This document shows positions 1 through 13,016 of a DNA stretch of 64,000 nt, in pieces. Both the position numbers and the translations under genes were made by a program. The notes beneath the pieces were generated by a model. That model had not been told where the DNA came from, made no database searches, and was given only the letters and a program-made list of their open reading frames with translations. Location of the stretch: NCBI GenBank assembly GCA_032718475.1, contig JAUCBJ010005083.1, positions 9,139 to 73,138 of the forward strand, read 5' to 3'. Position 1 is the stretch's first letter. The number at the start of each line of letters is the position of its first letter. This DNA comes from Nemertoderma westbladi. Its lineage: Eukaryota; Animalia; Xenacoelomorpha.

Positions 1-87
1 AAACTGTCCGGAAACTATGGAAGGCAAGATACTCTTCCCACGACCACCTCCCTAATCCAACAAATATCTAGGGACTCCATAACGTAA
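1..87 (+). CDS. pol: C-terminal end of Pol of the outer (older) BEL/Pao element
   Basis: Frame from base 1 reads KLSGNYGRQDTLPTTTSLIQQISRDSIT*, near-identical to the end of ORF 7068-12473 (ELSGNYGRQDTLPTTTSLIQQTSRDSPT*). Confidence 0.9.
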   Translation, partial: KLSGNYGRQDTLPTTTSLIQQISRDSIT

Positions 88-930
88 CAACATACGGAGT
101 GGGTGTGTGACTATATTATTTTATATTTATTTTATTATTTTATATTATGTATGTATTATTATGTAATTTTATTATAATCGTTTTCTTTAATTTTATTTAG
201 TAGAATGTTATTTTAGCGATTATTTAGTAGATTAGTGCAATATATATTCGCGTTTATTACTTAATTACTTATATATTATATATTTAGTGCGACGGCGAGA
301 AATAATTCTTTTTCTCTTTCCTTACTGTCCGTATTACATTACAAATACGTAACTACAGTAAGATGAAATATCCGTACTTATTAAAGTACAATAGAGCTCC
401 TACTATATTTAAGTATTATTGGTAGGCAAAGTATTAGGAATGCAAAGTTCAGATCCTCGTGTCTCGGCTAAACCAAGTTCTGGGTAGACCTTGGAAACGA
501 CTTGCCTCTTCACACTGACATTGCTTCGTGCGATATTGTTCTCATACCGTATATTAAATAATACATATAGTAGCGTGATGTCCCTTTAACAGTAGCGTAT
601 AACGCAAAATAAATCTGTTAAACCCTTTGACCATCTGCAATTCTAGTCGATTAAGATATCGCGGCACCCACCGATATACTTGAAAGACAAAATTCTAGAA
701 TCAGTGGTTAACGTCCCCAGGCAAGTTCTGGAATAAACTGGTGCCCATCCTAAATATTAATTATTAATATTTACAAAATCTGTCAAATATCAGATCCTTT
801 AAAATTCTAGTCGATTAAGATATCGTAGCACTTACCGATACTCTTAAAAAGACAAAATTCCTGGAATCAAGGATCCCAGTCCCCAGACACGTTCTGGAAT
901 AAAATTGTGTCTATTTAACATTAAATAATA

Positions 931-2093
931 TGTAAAAGCTTTTGCGTAATTAACCGGTTATTTTCCCTTAAAGTACTCTGTAGTTGGTTTGCCAGGCATA
1001 AAAAGGCCGTGTCCTTGCTGTACTGGTGTTTTAGAGGACATAAAAGTCATTTCTTCTGTATTTGTACTTTAGAGGACATAATCCGCAATCTCGTGATGCG
1101 ATAAGCTAGATACTCTTGAAAACAGTGTCGCTACCATGACGACGGCTAACAGCTGATATTGCCACGTCGACATTTCTTTGTTTCTTTGTTCTCTCGTTGT
1201 TCGGTTGACCAATCAGAGCGTTTTTTGTCTCTGTGTTGGAGGTGGATACAGAACTCAGTAGTTCAGTGTTATGTTTTTGTCCAGAGCCTAAGAACATCGG
1301 CTTTTGGCACCTCCGTATATCAGCATTCTTTAGCTTTACATTAGTAGGCTTAATTATAGAACGTATATCTGTTATCTAACCATACCAATGCAATTCGAGT
1401 TAACATACCATATCTATCCATAAATTACTAATATTACTGCTTTTACTGTCGGTTATTCATTATATTGGTTGATGAAATATTATATCGGAATACTGATCAA
1501 TAGTCAGATACCCCACCTTCTTGATATACTAAAGGTTAGAGAGACCGGTTACAGATAAACGATTGCGACCTATGTTAAGTGGTTTGAAGTGAATCTAATG
1601 CTGTTTCATAGGCCCGACATAAATTGTATGTTGCTCTCTTCATACGTGACTAAATTTAGTGAAGGTCGGCAGATTAGTGTGCAGTATTGTGCAGCATTGT
1701 GTATGATTGTAACTGATAACAAAGCATCTCCTAAAGAATGCGCCATATACGTAAATCTATAGCCTTTTCGTTGTGTCTAGTTTAAGTCATAACTCTGTTT
1801 ACATATTTAGAGCGCCACGTCCTAAAGGAACTGTTAATATTTCCCGAAAGTGAACAATATTTGTCAGAGATTATATATTACGATCAGTCGAATAATACGG
1901 TAGGCTTACACCATCAATCATTAAGTTCCGAATTCAGTCTCCAGGGTATATCCAGCGGGTGAATGATTGCGCATAGACTGGCTTCGGCTAATGTAGTGTA
2001 TCAAATACTCGTCATAAGCTAAAGAATATATATCATCTAAAAGACATCCTAATTTGGCAGGTTAAACTGTCAAAGGTCTTAAAAGCGCAAACA
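931..2093 (+). repeat. 5' LTR of inner element (1163 bp)
   Basis: Starts TGTAAAAG, ends GCAAACA; direct repeat of 16949-18111 with roughly ten differences by eye; CCAAT box at ~1209. Confidence 0.97.
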
Positions 2094-2104
2094 ATAACAG
2101 ATAT
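2094..2104 (+). promoter_or_regulatory. Putative self-priming primer-binding site
   Basis: ATAACAGATAT abuts the LTR CA end and is the exact reverse complement of LTR bases 1365-1375 (ATATCTGTTAT); no TGG-initiated tRNA PBS is adjacent to the LTR. Confidence 0.6.
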
Positions 2105-2373
2105 TGCTTCTGGATTGCGGTGTAAGCAATCTAGTCGAAAGTACCGGTCGACCGGTAACCAGTAGGCCTGACTGCCTGATCATCCGGACCGGTACCTACA
2201 GTAGTACAGGTACAGCAGTATTATTCGATTGTGGTATTGTATACCGGTAGGCTGTTTAAGAGATTAGGGACTGTACACCCCTTGTTTCTTTTGGAGCTTA
2301 CTTATTTCTGTCAGTTTTATTTATTTGTAGGCCAGTATTGAGCAGAAGGCATGTAAGCCTGCTCAGATTGTAC

Positions 2374-2941
2374 AGATAATTTGTAGGCTTGACTGTTGTC
2401 TAACTGTTGTTAAGTCTGAACGGATTGCAGTGTGTGTAGAGCATCTGTCCGATGAAGTGCTAGTTAGGAAAGTAGGGGCTTCAAGTGCTGTGAGGTAAAC
2501 CCCCTGTGAAAGAATAAGTCGTACTACTGGGTTAGAACGCATACTAACTAATCATTTCGGAGTCTGCATATACTGTAGTGTATTTGGGCTTGATAGTAGT
2601 CTGCCATCGTTTAGTCTGTACTTTGTTTGTGTAGTCTGTACGGGTAGCGTATAATTTTATTTAGATAATTTGTAGGCTGGATAGTTGTCTGGCTGTTGTT
2701 GGGTTTGAGGAAATTTCGGTGTGTGTAGAGCATCTGTCCGATAAAGTGCTAAGTTAGGAAAGTAGGGGCTTCAAGTGCTGTGAGGTAAACCCCCTGTGAA
2801 AGAATAAGTCGTACTACTGGGTTAGAACGCATACTAACTAATCATTTCGGAGTCTGCATATACCGTAGTTTGTTTAGGCTTGATAGTAGTCTGTCAGTAT
2901 TTGGTCTGCATTTTGTTTGAATAGTCTGTACGCGTAGCGTA
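2374..2941 (+). repeat. 289-bp tandem duplication in the 5' leader
   Basis: 2374-2651 and 2663-2941 share an essentially identical core (GAAAGTAGGGGCTTCAAGTGCTGTGAGGTAAACCCCCTG...) with diverged edges. Confidence 0.9.
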
Positions 2942-4286
2942 ATATTTATTATTCAGAGTTTATGCGATTATTCGCAACATTCATATCCCCAAGTTTATTC
3001 CTACAGTAATTGTGTTTGTTATACATACCGTTATAGTTAAACTAACCCCGGTACTACATCAGGGCTGCTCGGCGTAGGTAAAGACTGGTGATTTTGTGCA
3101 CTGGTCACTCCAGCAGATGCCGTGGTTCTTTTAGCTATTCAAGTATTTTTAACTACTAATTATTTGTTGTACAAGTACTTGTACCTAATTTAGGGTTTAG
3201 TGTACAGTACTTTCCGAAGGTGATTAGTGTGTAGGCAGTATATTTGTGTTGTAAAGTGGTTAATAGGCACGTTGGTTCTGGTAGACCGCGGTAATTAATC
3301 TCTAGGTAGGAACACTCCGTGATACATAACGTAGTACCTATAGCGATACGGTTATAGGTCGTCAGGCGGTGGTATTTTCCTATCTGGACAACGCAGTATA
3401 TTTACTACTACTTATTATTTTCAAATACCGTAGTAACCTGTCCGTTGTAATAACCAGATATTCTAACCCTTTGTTAGGCTGGTTAGTAGACTTCTTGTAA
3501 AATTACCCTAAAAATTTGTATTTGTGTATTTGCAATTAAATTTTTGTGTTTATTTAGAGATTGTAATCTCAACCCGAATTGTACGTAATTTGTAGTATTA
3601 AGTAACTTAGGTAAATTAGAATTATTTGTTTTAGTGTCTAACAAGTAGCACTCCACTGAGAGCGCACAGCTTATGTGTAGTGACTCCCCCAGAAATAATA
3701 ACATTTATTTCAAACATTGACAAAACCCATTAAACGGGTATATATATATTATAAATCAACTCAAACGATTTATAAATAGTAGGCCTGCCATATAACAATT
3801 AGGTCTCAATATCAGTTGGACTACTGCTTAAATAACGGCAATAAAGTAAGTTAAAGTAACCAAGTAACCCTTAAAATTCAGAAATTCAATTATTTAAAAT
3901 AATTGATATACCGGTATTTACAATAGGCTTATTATCTTTATTTTCATAAACTTAGGCTGAAATCATACCGGTGTTCTGTAATTAATTCTAGTTAATAATT
4001 ATACTTATATATACTATAAGTGTAAACTGCATACCGGTATCCACGATAGGCCTATTATATATTTATATATATTTGTGCTAAAATTATACCGGTATTTTGT
4101 GAAAAACCTAGTCTGTAATAATACTTATATATACCATAAGCATACCGGTATTCTAACATTATATATATATCACGCTACACTGAGTAGCAGTATCGGTAAT
4201 TAATTACTAGGCTAGCAGTTAATGCTGAATTACTAGACTTGCTTGGACTGTAATATAGCAGTAGGCATTCAACTGTGCAAACAAAC

Positions 4287-7200
4287 ATGTCTGATACTAA
4301 GCAGAACCTGTCAGACAGTTTATTAGATGTAACTATCTGCAACTCAGATAAGGGTGTAGAACCGTCTACACCTAAGTTCAGTTCACCTCCCACTGTGAAG
4401 AAGGTCATCCCTCCAGTAGTAATAACAGAACCTAGGCTGGTCCAACATCGTAGGTCTATCATAGGCACTCGAGCTCAGGTCAAGCGGGACCAAGAAGCAG
4501 CGGAACAGCAACAACCCGCGAGCCAAGAACTTATTTCTCAGCGGCCCGACAGCTCCAGTAGTGAAGATACTGTAGAGCTGACACCCGAGCGCGGAGCAAG
4601 GATGACGGATGCGGTTTATTCGGATCCCCTTCTCATCCTTCCTGCAGCCGTACTCACTAGGTTATTGATCGTGGTGGAAGAACACCAGATCGATTGGGCG
4701 AGAAGTAAGCGATCAACTAAAGATAGTTATGAGGGATACACAAGGGAAGAACTGAAGTCTATGGTCGAGTCGCAATGGAACTTCCCCAGACCCGGACTCC
4801 CGTTTGATTTATCAGAAGCTGCCTGGGAAGACATACACCGGATGGGAGTAGCCAAGGAAACCATCGATCCAGCTGTGTGGAAGAGGTCCGCAGCCGGATA
4901 CGCACAGGGATTCTTCAGCTCTATGGAGCGAGTAAAAGAACAACTGTTTCAACAACCTCAAGGACCTCAAGAGCAGGGACAACTGCTTTATCAAGTTAGA
5001 GAAAGAATTCTGCGAATTAGGCTAATCTTATCGGCCTTTGAGGAGGCTTCTAAAAGAAGACAAGACACGTCGTTGCAAGTTGCCGTAAAGACTTGGTTTC
5101 AACGGGTGAGTCTCCAGGTTCAAGGAACAGCTCAGTGGAAAGCTCAGCTGGAGGAGCGCTCAACCCATGGAGAATCAACAGACGCTACTTTTTCCCAAGT
5201 GGAAAGTGAAGCGACGGCAGAGAAACCGCATAAGAGGGATGCCATTGACATCTATCTGTCAGACTATTAGCGTTTTTTGGGAGATGAAGAGTTGAGGAGA
5301 AGGCTAGATGGACTTAGCCCTAATAGTGAAGGAGCCCAGCGTGTGTTGGACGCAATTGATGTGGATAGGTTAGCGGCGAACCAAGCTAAATTCGATGAAC
5401 AACTCCGCATCGCTAGAGACCAAGAAGAAAGGGTGAAGAAAAAACGCATAGAAGACAGAAAGAAAGCAGCAGTAGCAGCTGCAGAAGCCGAAAGGAAAGC
5501 AGCCGAAGAGGAAAGTAAAGCAGCCGAAATGGAAAGAAAAGCGGCAGCTGCAGAGGCAGAAGCGGAAAGAAAAGCGGCAGCGGCAGAGGCAGAAGCGAAA
5601 AGAAAAGCGGCAGCGGCAGAGGCAGAAGCGAAAAGAAAAGCAGCCGAAATGGAAAGAAAAGCGGCAAGGGCAGCGGCAGAAGCGGAGCGGATAGCGGCTG
5701 AAGAGATTGCCCAATTAGAATTGGAAAATATTCAGGAGAATCAAGACTGCCTAAATAAACAGTTAACAGCTAGTAATATGCAGATGATGAATCGATCTAC
5801 TCCCAAAAGACAGGGATATACATCATCTGAGGAAGGCGATACCACCGATACTGAAGGCAAAGGAAATAGATCTCACCTAAGCAGACGTAAAAGAACATCC
5901 CACCGTCAGAAATTGCCTGATTTGCCTCCAGCTGTTAGAAGGCAACTAAATAACACCAACTTAGGTAGTACAGAACCCACAGACCAAATAATTACAATAG
6001 AAAGACTCCCTACTATAGTAGATGAGCCTGAAATAATTAGGCCTGTTCCCGAAGCCACCCTTTCGGTGGTAGAGACACCTGTACTCCCTGAATCTACCTC
6101 TAAATTCCCTTTGCACAGTACCAAGCTACCTGTGCCCAGCAGAACAGCCCATGAGACAGTTCATGCCCTGGACTCCGAGCGAAATATTCATGATTTGTCG
6201 CCCGTTGTCCCTCGTCCGCCCGCTACAACGTTGGCGAATCCCGCTTCGGCGGTCGAATGGGTGGATGAGAGACGACGGGGGATGGATCTCCTGCTCGGAC
6301 AGATGCAGGAGACCGTTCAGCAATTCAAGGGCACAGTAAGGGAAAGTAGGCTAGAGTTGCAAGAAGTGCAGCAAAGTATCGCGCTAGAATGCGATAAATT
6401 AGTAAATACACAAAAGGGTATACCACCACCCCCTGTAACAATGTGTCAACCTGTTAGGTCTGAAGTATCTCATGCGCAAGGTGTGGAGCCTACACGCATC
6501 TATACTGCTAGCGAAGTAGAAACTCCTATAGTGAACCCTATTAAGGGTAATTATAGACCTGTTGATAATGATATTCCCTATAGACCGGATCATAATCCGA
6601 GAAATTTATATACCGATAACTCGATATTAAATAACACGATGGCCCAAGAAAGTTTTACGCGTCAAATGGCTAGAACCGAAGCCCGGCAAGCTGTAAAGGT
6701 GGGAGAGATCGTCAAGTTCAATGGAGATGAGATGAAATGGTTACCTTTTAATGAATATTACAAAGATAACATACAGAACTCTGTGCTATCTAATGGAGAG
6801 AAACTTAGATTCCTCATCGAGTGCTTGGAAGGATCTCCCAAGTTAATGGCGTTAAAGTTTATTGGACATCCAGACGGATTAAGACAAGTTTGGGATACAC
6901 TAAACATCAGGTATGGTAATAGGAATAACATAGCTGGGTATTTGTATGCAAAGTTGGTAGCGCCCTGAAAGTTTATTAGCAGCGGAATTATAGAGTTTTC
7001 CGATGAAATTCAGGAGATCTGCAGACAATTAGATTGGCTAGGTAAGTCTCATGAGTATCAGAATGCTATGGTTATTAGAGCAGTGGCTTCTACTTTACCG
7101 AAGGGCGGAGTAGGTACACGCTGGGATAAGAAAGTGTTATATATGATGGAACAACAACGACGAGACCCTACCATGGCTGATCTCATGTCATTCCTAGATG

Positions 7201-10200
7201 GAGAAGTGAAATTACAGCTCCTAAAACTGTCCAGAGAGAAGACACCGGAAAACAAGGTAAGTGAAAAACCCGTCTCTAGGAGAAAGGTAACACCAGAGTG
7301 TTATACAGATGACGGCGAAAGCCAGACTTCTCAAGGAGAAGATAGCGGGAAAGACACTGACAGATCTTATTACGTAAATAAAATGCCTAAAGATCAGGTA
7401 AGTAAATTCAAGTCTCGAACCAATGACAGGAGAGAACAGGTAAGAAAAACTCCTCCTACGTCTCCCAAGAGAATTCAGGTGAGAAAGCCCGAAGAAAAAA
7501 CAAGTGTACACAATGTTACTCAGAGTAAGGTGAGTAACATCAAACCGAAATGTGCGCTATGTGATGGGACCCATCGCTTAAATATGTGTGATGAATTTCT
7601 AAAGAAATCATTAACTGAGAGACGTGAAGTCATGTGGGATAAGCGGTTGTGTTATAATTGCCTCAGACAAGGACACCAACGGCGAACCTGTTACTCTGAC
7701 ACAAGATGTGCCAAGTGCGGTGCGAAACATCATATCTTGTTGCACACTGAATTCGAGCGAAATAGTCCGAGTCAGGTAAGTGATTCCGAACTACATGTCC
7801 AATTCAGTGATGTGAACGACACTGATCAATCTGAGATGGAAGGATTCTATACAGACGAGTTCTCCGACGAAAACGAATCCTGTTACATGATAAATACCAC
7901 AGTGTATCGAGCACTTACTTATGAAAAGGATACGGACAGCGACCTTACCCTAACTACTTCTGGTCAACCACCATTTTGGAAAGCGCCAACTTCCAATGTA
8001 GGGATTAGAGAATTTCCTGTGGTACAGGTAAGGGTCCACGGACCAAAAAGGAGTTATGTAGTGAACGCCCTCCTTGACTCCGGTAGTACAGGAACATTCA
8101 TCGACAAAGAGCTAGCCGAAGACATATTCGCTGGACAACCCAAGTTCCGAACTAAGCTAAACATGTCAGGAATTATGCAAGTTTGGAAATCCACAGTAAC
8201 AGCGGATTATTATGTAGGTGCGTTGTCCACCCCCCAGGACGAACTAGGAGAACATAGCATAAGGTCAGTGAAAATGGTGGCTATAAAGAACTTCGCTACT
8301 ACTCAAGCAGACCTTTATAATTGGGACGAGGATGAGAGCATCCAACATCTTAAGATACCTCGATTCCAGACTAATTATCCTGGAGTGCAAATACTCATCG
8401 GCCAAAACGCGCATGAGGCGCTCGAGACATTGGAGAAACGGCCTGCTCAACCGCAGCCACTACAAACCTATGCGGTAAGAACTAGAGTAGGTTGGTACTT
8501 TACTGGCCCTTCCCGTAGAACTCTCATGGAAAGATTACCGAAAGATCAGGTATATCAAGCGCGAGAATGGGAAGTTGAGAACAGTGAGTTCGACGATCCA
8601 ACTGAGGGAACTCCATACTCCTCAGACAACGACGATATACATCAACTCTTCGATGAGGAGAATGCCACCGATCTCCTTAAGGAAAGCGAGACTTGGCAAA
8701 ATCAAGTGAACTTATGTCAACTCCTTCTCCCATCCGAGCGAGACGACTATAACGACGAGCTTAATGACGTCATTGAACGTTATAATGCCAAGACTCGGGA
8801 TGAACACGCCGTGAGATTCTTTACTCAAGAGGTCGTAGAGCCCAACTCCTACGATAAGGCCCTATCGGTGGAGGAAGAAAGAGCCAAGCAGATCCAAGCG
8901 ACAACTACTCGTTTTCTTAAAGATCAAGGTAGGTATGAGATCGGACTTCCTTTCCGAAAGCGAGAACCAAAGTTCATTAACAACAGACCTTTGGCGGAGA
9001 AAAGAATTGCTCAACTACATCGACGCCTTACGGCAAATTCTTCAGCTAAAGAAATGTATCAAACGCAGTTGAAGAAGTTTATTAGCAAGGGATATGCGGA
9101 GCTAGTACCGGAAGAAACACCCATAACTGAGAGAACGTATTATTTAACTCACCATTACGTTCCCAAACCCGGTAAACCCCATGAAGTACGAGTGGTGTTT
9201 GACGGTTCCGCCCTTTATATGGGCCAATCTCTTAATTCTGAATTGTTACCCGGACCCAACTTACTTCAATCCTTGTTGGGAATACTATTAAGATTAAGAC
9301 AATACTCCATTGCTTTCGCCTCAGATATAGAAGGCATGTTCTTACAAGTCAAAGCGCTGGATAGGGATCGGGATAGTCTACGATTTTTGTGGTGGCCTGA
9401 AGGAGACCTCAATAAGAAACCTGTGGAGTACTGGATGACCATCCAAGCCTTTGGGATAATCTCGAGTCCTTCAAACGCCTGTTCCGTGGTGCGCAACACT
9501 GCGGATGACAACCGAGACGCCTTCTCTAAAGAAGTGATCGACAATATCAAACGAGACATCTACATGGACGATAATCTGAAGTCCCTTCTATCAGTAGAAG
9601 AAGCCATTGAGGTCGCTAAAGGAACGGTAGAATGCTTAAAGAAAGGAGGATTTCGATTAACTAAATTCACTAGCAACTCCCGTGAGTTTCTGGAGTCGAT
9701 CCCGGTAGAAGATCGAGGAACAAAAGACCTAGATCTAATAAAGGATGATCTCCCAGAAACTAAGACCCTTGGTTTGAAATGGGACACAGAAAGAGATATC
9801 CTGTTTTTCCAATTAAAACAGCGAGATAATCCAGTTCGGACTAAACGGATTTGTTTAAGTATCCTGAGCACTTATTTCGATCCATTGGGATTTATTAGCC
9901 CAGTTATATTGATTGCTCGGAGTTTAGTACAACAAATGTGGCTTGAAAACCACTCATGGGACGATCCACTTAAGGGAGAATTATTAAAGAAGTGGATGAA
10001 ATGGGAAGATTCTCTACCAGCCATCGAAAACTTTATAATTTTTTTCATTTATAATTTTTATCATTTACAAAGTTCATATTTTGGTCATGTTCTCCCTACG
10101 TATTCATATCAACTCCATGTGTTTGGAGACGCCAGCGATATGGGAATCGGTATAGTAGCCTACCTAAGGGTGGAAACTCCGGACGGAATTAAAGTCGCCT

Positions 10201-12473
10201 TGGTTACCTCTAAGGCATTAATAAACAACAAGTTGAAAGTTCCTCGAGCGGAGTTAAAAGCGGCTCTATACGCTACAGCCATCGGCCGGAATGTAACAGA
10301 ACAGATCGACTATCCCCTGGAGAAAACTGTCTATTGGACCGACGCTTTACTCGTGTTGGAGTATATAACCAATGAAGTCTGTCAGTTCAGCGTCTTCGTT
10401 ACCAACAGAGTAGCTATTATACTCAGTCGCACGACGATGGATCAATGGAGACATTGCCCCGGAACGATTAATCCAGCGGACATCGCTTCCAGGGGAGCAA
10501 CTCCACAAGAACTGGTAGATACTCCAGACTGGTTAGGTGGACCCGACTTCCTCTACAAAGAAGAAGAAGAATGGCCTCCTCATCTTACTACAGCAGAAAT
10601 TAGACAGGCCAAGGGAGCGGAGAAAGTCAAGCCTAAAACTCAGGCGAGTAAATCGAAGTTATTCAAACCCACAGTAGATCTGTCTGTACTACATACTTCC
10701 GGAGACGACGCTTTGGATCAGAAACCCACAGCCACAAATAAACCCATTGTGGAAATCCGTGATAAGGATTGGAAATCTGGTATACCAGACGTCTCGCAAG
10801 GACTCTCACCTCTTCTGCAGAGAGCGATGCATCACTACAGTTCCTGGAATCGGCTTTGTAAGGCCGTTACATATTTAAAGAGATGTTTTCACCATCACTA
10901 CTCTGGGATGAAAACAAAGGGTGATACCGCTCCAATCACATCAGTGCAGGTCCATGTTATTAAAGACCTTCCTAAATATAAGGTACCCGACAAGTTTCTG
11001 AAGGAGAAGATCAGTTATCAGGAGCATGAAGAAACCAACAAACAGATGCTGAGACTCTTACAATGCTATGAAGATTCCGATAAGTATTTCCTGTTGTTGA
11101 GAAATCCACAGATGCGCTTAAGGGATCGTTTCTCTAGCACAATGATAGATGGGTTGATACGTGTTGGAGGAAGGTTAACGAATGCCCCATTATCCTTTGA
11201 TACTAAGTTCCCCATACTCATTAGAAATCTTGAAATACAAGTCAAGATGATTGTAGATGTTCACAGTAAGCTTTATCATGCTGGTAGAGAACGAGTTCTT
11301 AGCGAAATTCGAACTCGCTATTATTTTTATAAACCCCGTAGAGCTCTGAACCAAGTTCTTAGGAACTGTATACCCTGTAGGAAAGCATTCAGTAGGCCTT
11401 TAACACAGCGAGAGGCAGAATTACCTAGGGAACGACTAAGCTTTTATGAACCACCCTTTACTAATACCGGTGTGGATTTATTTGGCCCTATTGAAGTATA
11501 TCGTGCTAGGACTATAGTCAAGAGATGGTGTGTAATCTTTGTTTGTATGACTTGTAGAGCCATCCATCTCGATATGGTGAACGATTTATCTACCAACAGC
11601 TTTCTATTAAGCTTACGACGACAGATCGCTCGCTTTGGCACTAGTAACACGATGAGATCTGATAAGGGAACAAACTTCATTGGTGCCAACAATGAAATTA
11701 AAGCTTACGTCAAAGATTGGAACCAAAGACAGGTGGATGACCAACTACGAGTAACAGCGTCTAGTTGGACCTTCAACGCCGCCGACGCCCCTTGGTGGGG
11801 AGGAAGTTGGGAGAGATTAATAAGAAGTGTGAAGACGGCATTTCATTTTATAGTGCCTTGCCGCGCTTATCTCACCGACGAACTTTTGCGGACGTTAATG
11901 GAAGAAATCGCCGCCTATCTCAACGAGAGACCGCTTATGCCAGTCTCATCGAGTCCCGATTCCCTGGAAGCGCTAACACCCGCGCACTTCCTACTGAAGA
12001 AACCTGTAGCCATGCTCTCACAATCGGAAATCACAGACGGAGACGAATACTGCCGACAAACTTGGCAACTCATGCAGTTGTTATCCCGTCGTTTCGCTGA
12101 CCATTTCGAAAAACATTATCTGCCCACGCTACAACTTCGAACTAAGTGGTTTGCGCAGCAAGGAAACGTTAGCGCTGGAGACATGGTTCTTATTGTGGAT
12201 GTAGATCTTCCACGTAAGAGGTGGCAGACAGGTCGTATCATCGAGACTCACATCTCGGATGACGGTTTGGTGCGATCGGTAGAACTCGTCGTCATGCGAC
12301 GTAACTTCAAGAAACCGGGAATTGTCTTCGAGACGCAGCAGCTCAATCGCCCAGTGGGACGTTTATGTTTACTGGAAAGAGACAGAGAACTCTCCGGAAA
12401 CTATGGGAGACAAGATACTCTTCCCACGACCACCTCCCTAATCCAACAAACATCTAGGGACTCCCCAACTTAA
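4287..12473 (+). pseudogene. gag-pol: BEL/Pao Gag-Pol polyprotein (~2728 codons) broken by two in-frame stops (TAG 5268, TGA 6966)
   Basis: ORFs 4275, 5277 and 7068 share one frame with open linkers. Motifs: DUF1759-like Gag (KFNGDEMKWLPF...LSNGEKLRFL), CX2CX3HX4C / CX2CX4HX4C / CX2CX3HHxLLH, protease LLDSGS, RT YMDD, RNase H LHVFGDAS, integrase GVDLFGP / SDKGTNF / GGSWERL, LPTLQLRTKW tail. Confidence 0.95.
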
Positions 12474-13016
12474 AAACGGCTGGAGTGGGTGTGTGACCAT
12501 ATTATTTTATATTTGTATTTGTTTTATTTTATATTTATGTATGTATTATTATGTAATTTTATTATAATCGTTTTCTTTAATTTTATTTAGTAGAATGTTA
12601 TTTTAGTGATTATTTAGTAGATTAGTGCAATATATTAGTGTTTATTACGTACGTAATTACTTATAATATATATTTAGTGCGACGGCGAGAAATAATTATT
12701 TTTCTCTTTCCTTACTGTCCGTATCATATTATAAATACGTGACTACAGTAAAATGAAATATCCGTACTTATTAAAGTACAATAAAGCCACTACTATATTC
12801 AAGTATTATTGGTAGGCAGAGTATTAGGAATGCAAAGTTCAGATCCTCGTGTCTCGGCTAAACCAAGCTCTGGGTAGACCTTGGAAACGACTTGCCTCTT
12901 CACACTGACATTGCTTCGTGCGATATTGCTCTCATACCGTATATTAAATAATACATATAGTAGCGTGATGTCCCTTTAACAGTAGCGTATAACGCAAAAT
13001 AAATCTGTTAAACCCT

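Noticed and set aside
1106-1344. Small ORFs within the LTR
   Set aside because: Short and not preserved in the diverged outer LTR.
2111-2125. TGGATTGCGG as a canonical tRNA PBS
   Set aside because: It lies 17 nt from the LTR end, too far for a normal PBS, and I recognise no tRNA 3'-end match; a host tRNA search is still needed to exclude it fully.
2440-2530. Hammerhead ribozyme in the leader duplication
   Set aside because: CCGATGA...GAAA lacks the exact CUGANGA core and stems, and the second copy changes it to CCGATAA.
5370-5714. Antisense Phe/Cys/Leu/Pro-rich ORFs
   Set aside because: Shadow of the sense Ala/Glu/Lys repeat.
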